From: an uncultured Spirochaetota bacterium
GTDB lineage: Bacteria; Spirochaetota; Spirochaetia; SZUA-6; Fen-1364
Direction: 5' to 3'
Assembly (NCBI GenBank): GCA_963845535.1
Contig: CAWJSK010000019.1
Location: 1 to 64,000, forward strand
Length of the DNA: 64,000 nt
The notes under the pieces were generated by a model. That model was not told the origin of the DNA and made no database searches. It saw only the letters and a list, made by a program, of their open reading frames with translations. Shown in pieces: positions 63,517 to 64,000 of this stretch. The position numbers and the translations under genes are program-made. How positions within the stretch are numbered: position 1 is the first letter of the stretch; the number at the start of each line of letters is the position of its first letter.

Positions 63517-64000
<484 letters not shown>

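Overview
Bacterial DNA, most likely from a spirochaete (it encodes a P83/100-family protein). About 1-20.7 kb is a lower-GC accessory island. It holds the remnant of an integron cassette array (two attC sites flanking a VapBC-type toxin-antitoxin cassette, no intI in the window), at least seven IS elements or fragments (IS66 x2, IS481, IS1182, IS256, IS5, ISL3) and a tyrosine recombinase with a 28-bp dyad upstream. It also holds an array of five, probably six, diverged ~90-aa paralogues of an unrecognised family, and a histone-H1-like protein / SAM methyltransferase / stand-alone head-domain cluster. About 20.8-64 kb is higher-GC, core-like DNA: osmC, a Rieske-FAD reductase, P83/100, GH42 and GH2 beta-galactosidases with an ABC transporter and two-component system, a SAM-I riboswitch with a cystathionine gamma-synthase, a BglII-like R-M pair next to tRNA-Pro, lnt, argR-C-B-D-G, an hgcA-like mercury-methylation gene without adjacent hgcB but next to arsM and an HgcC-like AbrB protein, a GT4/GH130 pair and a nucleoside salvage/ABC locus. 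Several single-base frameshifts look like assembly errors. All assignments come from motif recognition by eye; no searches were run.
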